Virus record (IMG/VR): IMGVR_UViG_3300049893_001984
Span: 32,001-96,000 of that record
Reading direction: 5' to 3' (one strand)
From: a virus
Length of the DNA: 64,000 nucleotides
A program made the translations under genes and the position numbers. Of the stretch, positions 55,774 through 64,000 are shown piece after piece (position 1 is the first letter of the stretch; each line of letters starts with the position of its first letter). The notes beneath the pieces were generated by a model. That model made no database searches, had not been told where the DNA came from, and was given only the letters and a program-made list of their open reading frames with translations.

Positions 55774-56494
55774 TAAGAAAGACAGTCAGTGCCACCTTAC
55801 CATCTGGAAAGGGTGCATATACTATCGGATAGCAGTCAAATGACATGTCACCCAGTGTAACCTTAAGTGGATTCTGTAAATCACTAGGTGGTTCGTAAAA
55901 CAAACCTTCCTCATCGTACTGAAAGAGTATCAAAGAGTCATTGTGCCTAAAAGCTTTTTGGTACACAACGGAAAGCTTACCAAAACTTCCCTGGATTTGC
56001 ACCTTGATCCTCTGAAGGGGTTCCTTCTGCGAGGGGGCAGTACCAGCTATAGCTGTAACTATTGCCGCAGGTGTGGCGTTGGCTTCAACCTCTTTAATTT
56101 CCTTACTGTTATGGAAATCAACCTGCTTATCTTTACTTGCTGCTTCCTTCTTACTCTTCCTGTCTACGGTTGGCTTTATTTTTGCCGTGGTTCCAGACGC
56201 AAGTTCCTCTGCTTTTTCATAAGAAATCGGTTTACCCGACATGGCTGCCTGTTTTAACAGCTCAGCCGCTTTTTCGCTCACTTTGGTTATCTTTTGGTTC
56301 TCTGTCCCGTAACCTTCTATGACGTTAAAAGCCATTACACCGTCAAGTCTTCCAGAATAACCAGAGCTTTCGGAGTTTGATCTTTTAGCGTCGTCTATCT
56401 TAGGTACTATGACCGCGTTCGAGAAACCGTAGAGAGATCCATCTCTGTACTTTTTGGTTTCTTCGTCGCTTTCAACAAATGGGTTGGAACTCAT
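55757..56494 (-). CDS. Hypothetical protein
   Basis: 245 aa; SD GGAG; two globular segments joined by a charged linker. Confidence 0.6.
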   Translation of the reverse strand: MSSNPFVESDEETKKYRDGSLYGFSNAVIVPKIDDAKRSNSESSGYSGRLDGVMAFNVIEGYGTENQKITKVSEKAAELLKQAAMSGKPISYEKAEELASGTTAKIKPTVDRKSKKEAASKDKQVDFHNSKEIKEVEANATPAAIVTAIAGTAPSQKEPLQRIKVQIQGSFGKLSVVYQKAFRHNDSLILFQYDEEGLFYEPPSDLQNPLKVTLGDMSFDCYPIVYAPFPDGKVALTVFLIDERG

Positions 56495-56569
56495 TGTGCT
56501 ATCTTCTCCAGGTTAAACCAGCTGCATCGTATCTTCAGGCCCGTGATCCGTCTAGCTGATAGCTAAAGA

Positions 56570-56615
56570 AAAAGAATAACCAAGCGGGCCAAACCGGCCC
56601 GCTTGGTTACCTTTT
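56570..56615. terminator. Bidirectional terminator
   Basis: TAACCAAGCGGGCC (56577-90) / GGCCCGCTTGGTTA (56596-609) 14-bp stem; T-rich flanks on both strands. Confidence 0.8.
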
Positions 56616-56630
56616 GACATGCCATTCAAC

Positions 56631-58139
56631 CTACTTCACATTACCATTCACCTCCACGGGAGGATAAGGCAATATGCGCGCCCGGTATGAAGGCGAGGAC
56701 TGTGCCTTCATATATTTGTTATACGTTGTGGTGTGCAGCAGGTCCACGTCGTACCCAGGCCCAACCAGTTTGAACGAGTCAGGATGTGCACGTAAGTGCT
56801 GCATCCTACTGGGAAGAGAATCCAAATCTGCCCAACACTCGTCAACACCAGGAACAACCAAGGTGGCATCGTACATGTTCAAATTAGCGTGGTTTTGCCT
56901 ACCAGCCAAAACCGTCATGTACTGTACCGCCTGGTATGTGTCCCAGTCCAGGTTGTCCAACTCTGCCAGCGTCATTCGTTTTACTGCCTGAAGTGGTCCG
57001 AAGAGTGCTTTACCTCTAGAGACATTCTGACTGGCTCCACTTGGTATTCTAGGGTAAAGCTTGACGTAAAGACGAGGCCCGAACAGGCTCTGTATCCGTT
57101 CCTCGATGTCTTCAGAGCACGAAGATTCTGAGGTGACGAAGAATTCGTCTTCCCCAGGTCCGTACCTCACCTGGACATCGCCAGTCTGAGGGTCGTATGT
57201 TGCTTCCCCACGCACAGGCGTACATAACTCGCGTAATGGAAAATCACTGACTGCGAGTTGCCATAACGTCCTATCCTCAAGCGGATTAGGTCGGCGCGGT
57301 CTGTTGTTGACGGCACGGTACTCGCTGAGACGAGTATTATATGCCGTCTGCGAAGCTCGCATTATCTTGTAAGCTTCTTCTACAACTCTTTCAGCTGCTT
57401 CTATTTCCTGCTTGGAGGCGGAGAGGGCGCGAAGACGTTTTACCTCTTCTCTTCTCTCTGCGAGCTCTTCTTTAAGGCGTTTGCGTTCCGCACTTGTCTT
57501 ATCGTCCAAGTTATCCTTGAACAGCCGGTAACTTGACCGCTGAATTGGGTAACGGAGCGTAAAGTGGCTACCGGGTCTTGGCTCAGGGACCAGCAGCCTT
57601 GGTACGCGCAAATTAACATCGCCAGACCTGTTTACGTGCATTTCATCGAGATACACGCTAAGCGCGTATGACGCTTCCTGAAAGGCGCGGATGTGTTCGA
57701 TCTGCTTTGAATCGCGCGCGCGGGCGAAGTCAGTGAGGTCGGGAGAATATGGTCCCTGCCTAACTGAGGTGTCAACCAGCATATCTACTGGTACGAAACT
57801 CTCTTTTGTTGATCTTCCATTCTGTACAAGTTTACCGTCAGGTCTAGTAACAAGATACTGTGTCCCTACTCTCACAAGTCCGTCAACCTGCATGGGTTTT
57901 AGTATGTGGATGAGTGTTGGGCGGTTCGGATCATCAAGGGTCAACCCCCTGTGTATCAGGATACAACGGAGCCGGTGCAAGGGAACATACTGTTCGCTTC
58001 CGCCGTCTATGTCGTACCAGACAACTAGGGCCCTCCCAAACCTATCGTACTGTCCTCCTTTCAAGGTCTTGCCTAGCTCAATTACACTGTCAAGCGTGTC
58101 ATCTTGCATGATTTGTCCCTTACCAGACAGCCAGCTCAC
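56631..58139 (-). CDS. Hypothetical protein with central coiled coil
   Basis: 502 aa in the track; ATG MQDDT about 30 nt in is a likelier start; no family recognised. Confidence 0.6.
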   Translation of the reverse strand: MSWLSGKGQIMQDDTLDSVIELGKTLKGGQYDRFGRALVVWYDIDGGSEQYVPLHRLRCILIHRGLTLDDPNRPTLIHILKPMQVDGLVRVGTQYLVTRPDGKLVQNGRSTKESFVPVDMLVDTSVRQGPYSPDLTDFARARDSKQIEHIRAFQEASYALSVYLDEMHVNRSGDVNLRVPRLLVPEPRPGSHFTLRYPIQRSSYRLFKDNLDDKTSAERKRLKEELAERREEVKRLRALSASKQEIEAAERVVEEAYKIMRASQTAYNTRLSEYRAVNNRPRRPNPLEDRTLWQLAVSDFPLRELCTPVRGEATYDPQTGDVQVRYGPGEDEFFVTSESSCSEDIEERIQSLFGPRLYVKLYPRIPSGASQNVSRGKALFGPLQAVKRMTLAELDNLDWDTYQAVQYMTVLAGRQNHANLNMYDATLVVPGVDECWADLDSLPSRMQHLRAHPDSFKLVGPGYDVDLLHTTTYNKYMKAQSSPSYRARILPYPPVEVNGNVK

Positions 58140-58159
58140 ACGGTCGCATGTGAACCAAA

Positions 58160-58188
58160 TAAAAAACGACCATTCGATGGCCGTTTTT
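58160..58188 (-). terminator. Rho-independent terminator
   Basis: Minus strand ACGGCCAT-CGA-ATGGTCGT (one G.U pair) followed by TTTTTATTT. Confidence 0.7.
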
Positions 58189-58244
58189 GTGTCTCTACTG
58201 AAGTGACCCGAGCGGTCTTCGTCAGCAGCTGGTACTTTCGGGCG

Positions 58245-58571
58245 TCAGTCGGACCTTGGTCGGTCAATTAAGGTCCTAAACCGATTGTCATTTTCCCACA
58301 CCAGCTCAGTGCTTTCCGGGAGTTCGAACGACACCCCATTGGAAGCCTTGAGGTGGAACGTCTGCACAGGAGTGCTGAGCTGCAAAGGTGTACCATCAAT
58401 TTTAGGGTAACACCACCCAGCCCCTGTTCTTAACAGTAACGAGTAAAGCTCTCTCTTGAACGCATCCAGGTTTTCGGTGTCTCCGGATATGGGTGGATCC
58501 CCATTGTCAGGCACGACTACAAACGAATAGACATGGTTGACTTTACTCTCTTCACCCATTCCGTCGCTCAT
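58245..58571 (-). CDS. Hypothetical protein
   Basis: 108 aa; ATGA overlap; SD AGGAGG. Confidence 0.6.
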   Translation of the reverse strand: MSDGMGEESKVNHVYSFVVVPDNGDPPISGDTENLDAFKRELYSLLLRTGAGWCYPKIDGTPLQLSTPVQTFHLKASNGVSFELPESTELVWENDNRFRTLIDRPRSD

Positions 58572-59092
58572 GACTTACCTCCTTTCTCGGGTATGTTTCC
58601 AAACAGACCCACATACCGCTGCAGGTCAAGGTCAGGTGACAACAGCGGAGGGAACGCTATGCAATCGTCGTCTGGATGTAACTTACTTCCCTCTGGAGCA
58701 CAGCAAATTCCTGCCATTACATGCTCTACTTGCTGACTAGTCCCGTCAGGTGCAACCCTGCGAGCTTCTACAGTCAAAGCCTTTTTAACTGTAGGCTGGC
58801 TAGCGGCTATGTTTCCATCTTCGTAAAGAATTACGTATGAGACTACGACATCTCTTTCCTGCCTGTTTTCTATCCGGTTGTAGACGGAGCTGCCTCTGTT
58901 AACAGCAACGTTAACAGTGTGTATCAACGCCCCAGTTTGGTCGGACCAGTCAGAGACCTGTTTATCTATCGGAGCTTTACGGTCCAATAAAATCCAAGCA
59001 TCAGAGTCGACACGGCATTCCTTAAAGTGTTCCTCGAACAAACGTGTCTTACGCCTTTGGCTGCCCATTTTGCAGTTCCTTCTTAAGTTCAT
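58568..59092 (-). CDS. Hypothetical protein
   Basis: 174 aa; start uncertain (MGSQRR is the alternative). Confidence 0.55.
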   Translation of the reverse strand: MNLRRNCKMGSQRRKTRLFEEHFKECRVDSDAWILLDRKAPIDKQVSDWSDQTGALIHTVNVAVNRGSSVYNRIENRQERDVVVSYVILYEDGNIAASQPTVKKALTVEARRVAPDGTSQQVEHVMAGICCAPEGSKLHPDDDCIAFPPLLSPDLDLQRYVGLFGNIPEKGGKS

Positions 59093-60056
59093 CTCTTGTA
59101 ACTACGTGGACACCAACGTGATCAAACGCACAACTTCCAGCTGCAACAGCCAGCTTAGACGCGTCATCAAGTGACCACTTACACCCAAGGCCATAAGCTA
59201 GTGCAGCTAGCGCAGAATCACCGCAACCAGATGGATCGCCAAACACCCTACGTTGTGCTTCTATTTCCAAAATGTTGAACTGGGATTCATCACTATCAGG
59301 ATCTGGCGCGTCAAACAGCACCGCGCCATCTGGTCCACGTGTAACCAACAAAGACTTTGCCTTCATAGGACAAATGTGAGCTAGGAGGTCCAGCGGATCC
59401 TCCTCGTCACCAAACACGTCGTTCGTATGCCGCCTTATGACTTGCTGCAGTTCGTGTAAGTTAGGTTTTATACATACAGCAGCCCCGTACTTTAGAAAAT
59501 CTGTGCCCTTTGGATCAACAACGTAGGGCACCTTCATCGCCTCCAACTCCCACATAAAGGGTTCAGTTATCACCCCCTTAGCGTAGTCGGAGACTACAAC
59601 GAGGTCGTACGCCCTTTGCTCTTCTATTAAGTCAAGAAGGGTGGCGGCAAAGGAGATGTCAACTGCATGCTTATCTTCATTGTCAATCCGCACTGAGTGT
59701 CTGTTTCTAGGAAGAACAATCCGCTCTTTTCGTGTTGTCTTCCTATCGGTATCAATGAACAACCTGTCCCCCAGGTCAACGCGGCTTAGCAATGCCTGGA
59801 GAACCTTTCCATCGTGGTCATCACCTACTGCGCCGTACAGATCTACCTTGGCCCCAAGTGACTGCAGGTTGAGGGCTACGTTAGAGGCGCCTCCTGCTTT
59901 AAATTCCTGCTTCAGCTCAGTTACAACAGGTGTGAGCTCGTCTTCTGGAGATAGACATTTAGCTGTACAGTGTCTGTACACATCAAGTATTACGTCACCA
60001 ACAACCGCAACATAAGGCTTGCGCTTGGGTGACGAGAACAGATCACATAGACTCAT
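59049..60056 (-). CDS. hldE: PfkB-family sugar kinase, HldE/RfaE heptose-7-phosphate kinase domain
   Basis: 335 aa; VAVVGDVILDVY, AGGASNVALNL..LGA, LVVVSDYAKGVI, VVDPKG, IKPNLHE, VTRGPDG, GDPSGCGDS. No adenylyltransferase domain. Confidence 0.85.
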   Translation of the reverse strand: MSLCDLFSSPKRKPYVAVVGDVILDVYRHCTAKCLSPEDELTPVVTELKQEFKAGGASNVALNLQSLGAKVDLYGAVGDDHDGKVLQALLSRVDLGDRLFIDTDRKTTRKERIVLPRNRHSVRIDNEDKHAVDISFAATLLDLIEEQRAYDLVVVSDYAKGVITEPFMWELEAMKVPYVVDPKGTDFLKYGAAVCIKPNLHELQQVIRRHTNDVFGDEEDPLDLLAHICPMKAKSLLVTRGPDGAVLFDAPDPDSDESQFNILEIEAQRRVFGDPSGCGDSALAALAYGLGCKWSLDDASKLAVAAGSCAFDHVGVHVVTRDELKKELQNGQPKA

Positions 60057-60640
60057 ATTCCACCTGTTTCTAAAACTGCCTTACCGATCGCCACTACGTC
60101 TTGTTCTGGTGGATCAAATTTAAAGTCTATGCAAAGAGGGGCATCTTTCTTGTCTATTCCGCTAAGAAGAGGCTTGAGCACGCCACTCAAACCAGAGAGT
60201 CCAAACACATCAACATGGTCTGGCGTAGGTTTAACCTTTCCCAGGTCTACTTGTATGGGGTCCAGAATAGGGGCGGTAAACATCTTTGGTACGTAAAACT
60301 TCTTTTTGTCCCGGTTCACGAAGTTGAGTGAGCTCATCCACCTTTTAAACCACATGTAAGAGTTTGCATCCATCACCTCTAACATGTTGCTCCACCCAGG
60401 ACAACGTTTAAGCACTTCGTGCTCAAACTCAATCTGAGTGGAAAGTATCTCACCCTTCCTGTTCTTCATATCCTCGCCAGTAGCTGCTGCGAAGGACTCT
60501 GGAAGGGACTCTGCTACCTGCGCGTAGATGTAGACCGGGGCCAGAGAGAAGATGACAAATCCCTCTTCTCTCAGCTTTTCAAACGAGTCTACGCCAGTTA
60601 GCTTTGGCGCCTTTAAACTACATGGGGGTACAGGGTTCAT
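60053..60640 (-). CDS. Hypothetical protein
   Basis: 195 aa; ATGA overlap with the next gene. Confidence 0.6.
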   Translation of the reverse strand: MNPVPPCSLKAPKLTGVDSFEKLREEGFVIFSLAPVYIYAQVAESLPESFAAATGEDMKNRKGEILSTQIEFEHEVLKRCPGWSNMLEVMDANSYMWFKRWMSSLNFVNRDKKKFYVPKMFTAPILDPIQVDLGKVKPTPDHVDVFGLSGLSGVLKPLLSGIDKKDAPLCIDFKFDPPEQDVVAIGKAVLETGGI

Positions 60641-60654
60641 CTCTAACCTTGTGG

Positions 60655-61680
60655 TTAAGAAATTGGCTCTTCGTTGACAAGGAGATGTCCAACGTCGTTT
60701 ACAGTTACGTTAACAGCGGGCACACCTTCGTAGAGGCCAGGCATGCTTCCAGTGGTATCGCATACCACGAACGCCACCTGCTTTTCTTCTGCTAGCTGCA
60801 AAATGTTGCTTAGTATGCTAGCTTTCTTGGTCGTCCTTTCCTCGTCTGTCGGCACCTGCTTACCTTCGCCAAGCTCATACTTATTACCCAGGTCCTCAAT
60901 ATTGTCTACGAGAACAAGGAGGCTGGAGGATTCGTGTATGTGTTTGGTGTAATCGAAGAAGCTGGCGTAATCTTCGCCCTCACCACTTGGTGCAGCTTTT
61001 ATACGCGCAGGCAGCTCTTTGTACTTAGAGAAGAAATCTGATTCTATCTCTTTGAGAAGCTGTTGGGTGGCGTATGCGCTGCCGCGCAAAACAAGCATGC
61101 CACAAATAAACTTGTGGCCAATTGCCTTGTTCATCTCTGTACCAGGCAACTTGATGCCCTCTGGCCCCACAACCTTTATGACAGACTGAAGCTTGTTATT
61201 TCGTCTGCCCTGCTCTGCTTTGTAGTGTCTGCGTTTGTCTTTCATCAGTGGAAGCAAGTTTGTTTGAATGTGGGCTATGACGTCGCCCAGGTCAAACTTG
61301 TTCTGCATAGCTGCGGCGTGTATGCGCTTTGCCAAATCGTTAACAAGGGGTTTCTTGACCCCATCCTGCGCAAGTATCTCCGCCGTAATCCAATGACACG
61401 CACGATACAGGGCCAATAGGCCGTCTGCCATGCGTTTCAAATCTGGGCTTCCACGGAAAAGCTCCTCGAGCTCCTTCGTGTTCTGGTCGTACTGCGCATC
61501 GCGTTCTTTCCGCATGCGTTCAAGCTCAGCCTTAGGATCTATCGGCGTGTCTGTCTCAACAGGCCGACCGTCAGGTCCGACCAATCCGCTCTTTTGCGGC
61601 TGGGAAGCTGCGATTGCCTTGAGCATATTGTTTCCTTCCTGCATCAAGGCTCTCTCTTGGGGGCTAAGTTCCATTTTCAC
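60655..61680 (-). CDS. Hypothetical protein (helical N-half, alpha/beta C-half)
   Basis: 341 aa; LLVLVDNIEDL and VAFVVCD strands. Confidence 0.6.
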   Translation of the reverse strand: MKMELSPQERALMQEGNNMLKAIAASQPQKSGLVGPDGRPVETDTPIDPKAELERMRKERDAQYDQNTKELEELFRGSPDLKRMADGLLALYRACHWITAEILAQDGVKKPLVNDLAKRIHAAAMQNKFDLGDVIAHIQTNLLPLMKDKRRHYKAEQGRRNNKLQSVIKVVGPEGIKLPGTEMNKAIGHKFICGMLVLRGSAYATQQLLKEIESDFFSKYKELPARIKAAPSGEGEDYASFFDYTKHIHESSSLLVLVDNIEDLGNKYELGEGKQVPTDEERTTKKASILSNILQLAEEKQVAFVVCDTTGSMPGLYEGVPAVNVTVNDVGHLLVNEEPIS

Positions 61681-61695
61681 CTTTCTGGTTTTGGG

Positions 61696-62307
61696 TTAGC
61701 AAACCATGTCTGCACAAAACGAATCAAGCCTTATGCCGTTGTATAAGGTGCCAAGGCTCCTAGCGGCTATAAATGTAGCTGCGGAGTCATAGGCGTCTTC
61801 TGCTAATGCTTTTGTACTCGGCCAATCCTTGAACAAAGGCCATTCAGACATGGCTGCCTTTTTAGATCTTTCCTTCTTGAACTTCTGGCGCTCTGATGCC
61901 TTCATGCCCTTGCCTTTGCCAGCCTTTAGCTTTATGCCCAAGGCCTTTTCAACCTCACCAGCTCTAAACATTTCAAACGGTATCCCGTGCGTATAAAGCA
62001 ATGAACCGACCAACCCGGTTATCATGCCCATGCATCTTGTTGCTCTCGCCGACTTTGAACCCCCAGACGGCATCTCAGCGAAGATTGCTTTGGGTTTCCA
62101 CTTTATAAAAAGGTCAGTCAGCTTCCTCGTCATGTTGCATATGTCCACGACGTCCTTCTCAAACACGTCCTCATCTTCTTCACAATCTCTTTCACTGCTA
62201 ACCACTGTTGTTGCGTAAACCAGGACATCCCTAGCCGGTTCTAGCTTAAAAACCGTAACACCTGTTTTACGAAACCCAACGTCCAGGCCCATCACGAAAG
62301 TGGACAT
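61696..62307 (-). CDS. ruvC: RuvC-like Holliday junction resolvase
   Basis: 203 aa; MGLDVGFRKTG, AIFAE, EDAYDSAA acidic catalytic pattern. Confidence 0.85.
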   Translation of the reverse strand: MSTFVMGLDVGFRKTGVTVFKLEPARDVLVYATTVVSSERDCEEDEDVFEKDVVDICNMTRKLTDLFIKWKPKAIFAEMPSGGSKSARATRCMGMITGLVGSLLYTHGIPFEMFRAGEVEKALGIKLKAGKGKGMKASERQKFKKERSKKAAMSEWPLFKDWPSTKALAEDAYDSAATFIAARSLGTLYNGIRLDSFCADMVC

Positions 62308-63056
62308 TTTTCCCTCATGGTCTCTAGCAGGTAGTGAGTCAAAGCGCAGTCAACCCCGGCGTTGTGTGCCTTTGACCGATCGATCCCGCTTCTGCTGCCT
62401 AACTCATACGCGGCGTAACAGTATCTGTCCAGTGACCATTTTACGGTAGAGTAGACTTGCCCAATCCTGCTATAGAATTGTGACAAGTTCTCATCGGAAC
62501 GCATGTTCTCGTTAAGCTTTGCAGCCTTAACGATTATGCCCGTGTCCAGTATTTCGTTGGGTTCAAACTTCCAAGGTTGCCCTATTTCCTTGGTGTGCTT
62601 AAGCAAAAACTCGGCGTCAAACTTGAAGGCATTATGACCTACGAACATATTTCCACATTTACGGTTTGTATTTAAACCGTCCAACATCACGTCTAGTGCG
62701 TCCTCGTTTGGAATTCCAGCTTCCTTTAGGAATTCTGCGGTCAGGCCGTGGACCTCTGTTGCTTCAGGATGGATATCAACTTTTGTATGACAAACGTACA
62801 AACTACCGTACCTGTGAAGGACAGTGTTTATTACCGCAGCCCAGCCCCATTCCAAAACTTTATCATGAACAGGGCTAGTTCCGCTTGTTTCAGTATCGAA
62901 GACCATGTAGCTCTTGGGAAGCTTCTGGTTAGGACACCTTTTTTCAATTTCCCGTAGCACAGCCGAAACAGCACGTAACTCCTGCTCACTAGCTACGGGA
63001 ACCTGGTCCCTACTTGATGCGGCTTGCACGTGCGAAGTCCTCCGTGACACGGTCAA
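62292..63056 (-). CDS. DEDDh 3'-5' exonuclease (Pol III epsilon-like)
   Basis: ExoI VFDTETSG, ExoII VGHNAFKFD, ExoIII AHNAGVDC; true start probably downstream of the track start. Confidence 0.85.
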   Translation of the reverse strand: MTVSRRTSHVQAASSRDQVPVASEQELRAVSAVLREIEKRCPNQKLPKSYMVFDTETSGTSPVHDKVLEWGWAAVINTVLHRYGSLYVCHTKVDIHPEATEVHGLTAEFLKEAGIPNEDALDVMLDGLNTNRKCGNMFVGHNAFKFDAEFLLKHTKEIGQPWKFEPNEILDTGIIVKAAKLNENMRSDENLSQFYSRIGQVYSTVKWSLDRYCYAAYELGSRSGIDRSKAHNAGVDCALTHYLLETMREKCPLS

Positions 63057-63414
63057 GCAGTTCTGTATTCACATCCTGCATCGGAGCATCGCCCTCTCGG
63101 ATGGGGCGGACTTCGTCACACCAAACACGAAATTCTCCAAGAGTTGCGAACAGATAAGCACGCCCTATGTGCCCTATAGCCTCAGGATCAAGCTCTTTTA
63201 ATCGAGCAGATAGATCCTCAAGGGTGATATTACCTTGCACGCATTCTCGAACAAGCTGCCCCAGCATAGAAGCTGTTTGGGGTATCTTGTCCGAGGTTGT
63301 ATTGTCAAACGCCTGGAGCGATTTAACAATCAACCTACGCATGGCATAGGCCATATCACGTTCTGGGTTGAACCAACGTCGGTCTTCACCAGAGGGCGGG
63401 CGCATCTGCAACAT
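63010..63414 (-). CDS. Hypothetical helical protein
   Basis: 134 aa; SD AAGGAG. Confidence 0.6.
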   Translation of the reverse strand: MLQMRPPSGEDRRWFNPERDMAYAMRRLIVKSLQAFDNTTSDKIPQTASMLGQLVRECVQGNITLEDLSARLKELDPEAIGHIGRAYLFATLGEFRVWCDEVRPIREGDAPMQDVNTELLDRVTEDFARASRIK

Positions 63415-63425
63415 CTTGAAACTCC

Positions 63426-63998
63426 TTAGTTCTTCCTACGTGATTCCCTGGTTTCACAAACCAAGCAGATGGGAACTGTTCTACTTGGGTCAAAGTACGC
63501 ATGTTCATTTCCACAAGCCGAGCAAGGCCGTTCAACAAACTCGTATCTGTGCGTAGCTTGGGGGCAGGCATTTTTACCTTTATACCCCAAGGGACATACC
63601 CTGCATTTCATATCAGGATATTCACGAATGCAAGTTAATCTAGAGGTCCGTAGCTGCTTGTTGCTGGCTTTTGTAGATGTAGTGGCATCGAACTCCCTGA
63701 CTTCCGCTCTCTGCCCATCCTCATTCCAGCCTATCTCTCCTACAAATAACCCTTGTACAGCGTCTCGGTAAGATCTCTGGTCATTTCCAAATTCGTTGTC
63801 CTCACGTTTGAATCCTATATCCAACATGAACCGCCACATAACGAAGTCGTAAGCCATAGTCTGTTGCAGACTTAATCCTGCATACGGACCGCTTAAGATT
63901 CTCATATGTAGCTTAAGTTGTTGCGTACCCTTCTTTGAGCTCGGAGCCCTGTAGATGTCCTCTATGAAGATTAAGCACCAGTGTGGAGGCTCCGCTGC
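63426..63998 (-). CDS. Hypothetical Cys-rich protein (possible OB-fold plus Zn fingers), 5'-truncated by the window
   Basis: The frame stays open 31 codons upstream of the track ATG to the window edge (AAEPPHWCLIFIEDIYRAPSSKKGTQQLKLH-MRILSG); C-terminal CxxC motifs. Confidence 0.6.
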   Translation of the reverse strand, partial: AAEPPHWCLIFIEDIYRAPSSKKGTQQLKLHMRILSGPYAGLSLQQTMAYDFVMWRFMLDIGFKREDNEFGNDQRSYRDAVQGLFVGEIGWNEDGQRAEVREFDATTSTKASNKQLRTSRLTCIREYPDMKCRVCPLGYKGKNACPQATHRYEFVERPCSACGNEHAYFDPSRTVPICLVCETRESRRKN

Positions 63999-64000
63999 TG

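Noticed and set aside
56614-56642. TTGACA-N17-CACATT antisense promoter into the 502-aa gene
   Set aside because: Poor -10 match; it overlaps the T-tract of a bidirectional terminator, which explains the TTG.
1-64000. Stop-codon recoding (TAG/TGA)
   Set aside because: Long conserved genes (RNAP, sheath, portal) are uninterrupted in the standard code, and TAG/TGA terminate genes at sensible overlaps.
1-64000. CRISPR array, tRNA or rRNA genes
   Set aside because: No regularly spaced repeat-spacer units or T-loop/cloverleaf signatures were seen; intergenic gaps are at most about 120 nt. A tRNAscan-SE/CRISPRCasFinder run would be needed to exclude them formally.

Overview
All 64 kb are coding-dense DNA from a large contractile-tailed (myovirus-like, probably jumbo) bacteriophage, read with the standard genetic code. 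The window covers most of the virion morphogenesis region. From left to right it holds: a truncated baseplate hub/spike ORF, tail tube, tail sheath, neck genes, major capsid protein, decoration and scaffold-like genes, the prohead protease, and a long block of low-complexity putative internal-head proteins. That block contains a two-gene multisubunit RNA polymerase: a beta-beta'(N) fusion carrying a LAGLIDADG intein, plus a separate beta'(C). Further right are fibre genes, a methyltransferase, a GT9-like glycosyltransferase, the portal, an HldE-type sugar kinase, RuvC and a DEDDh exonuclease. Every well-supported gene lies on the minus strand except a four-gene plus-strand island (about 48.0-51.8 kb). 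The most notable signal is a candidate cargo-addressing and maturation code. (i) Four unrelated ORFs share the N-terminal tag M-[NK]-H-[LC]-x-Y-L-I-[KS]-x-A, reminiscent of the T4 capsid-targeting sequence. (ii) K-x-A motifs recur throughout the head proteins. (iii) Two such motifs bracket a Cys/His insert inside the RNA polymerase. (iv) Several motifs are followed by Gly-rich hydrophobic helices. A second notable feature is a head-to-head duplicated fibre cassette sharing N- and C-terminal modules. All functional calls come from motif recognition by eye; no database searches were run. No tRNA, rRNA or CRISPR array was recognised.
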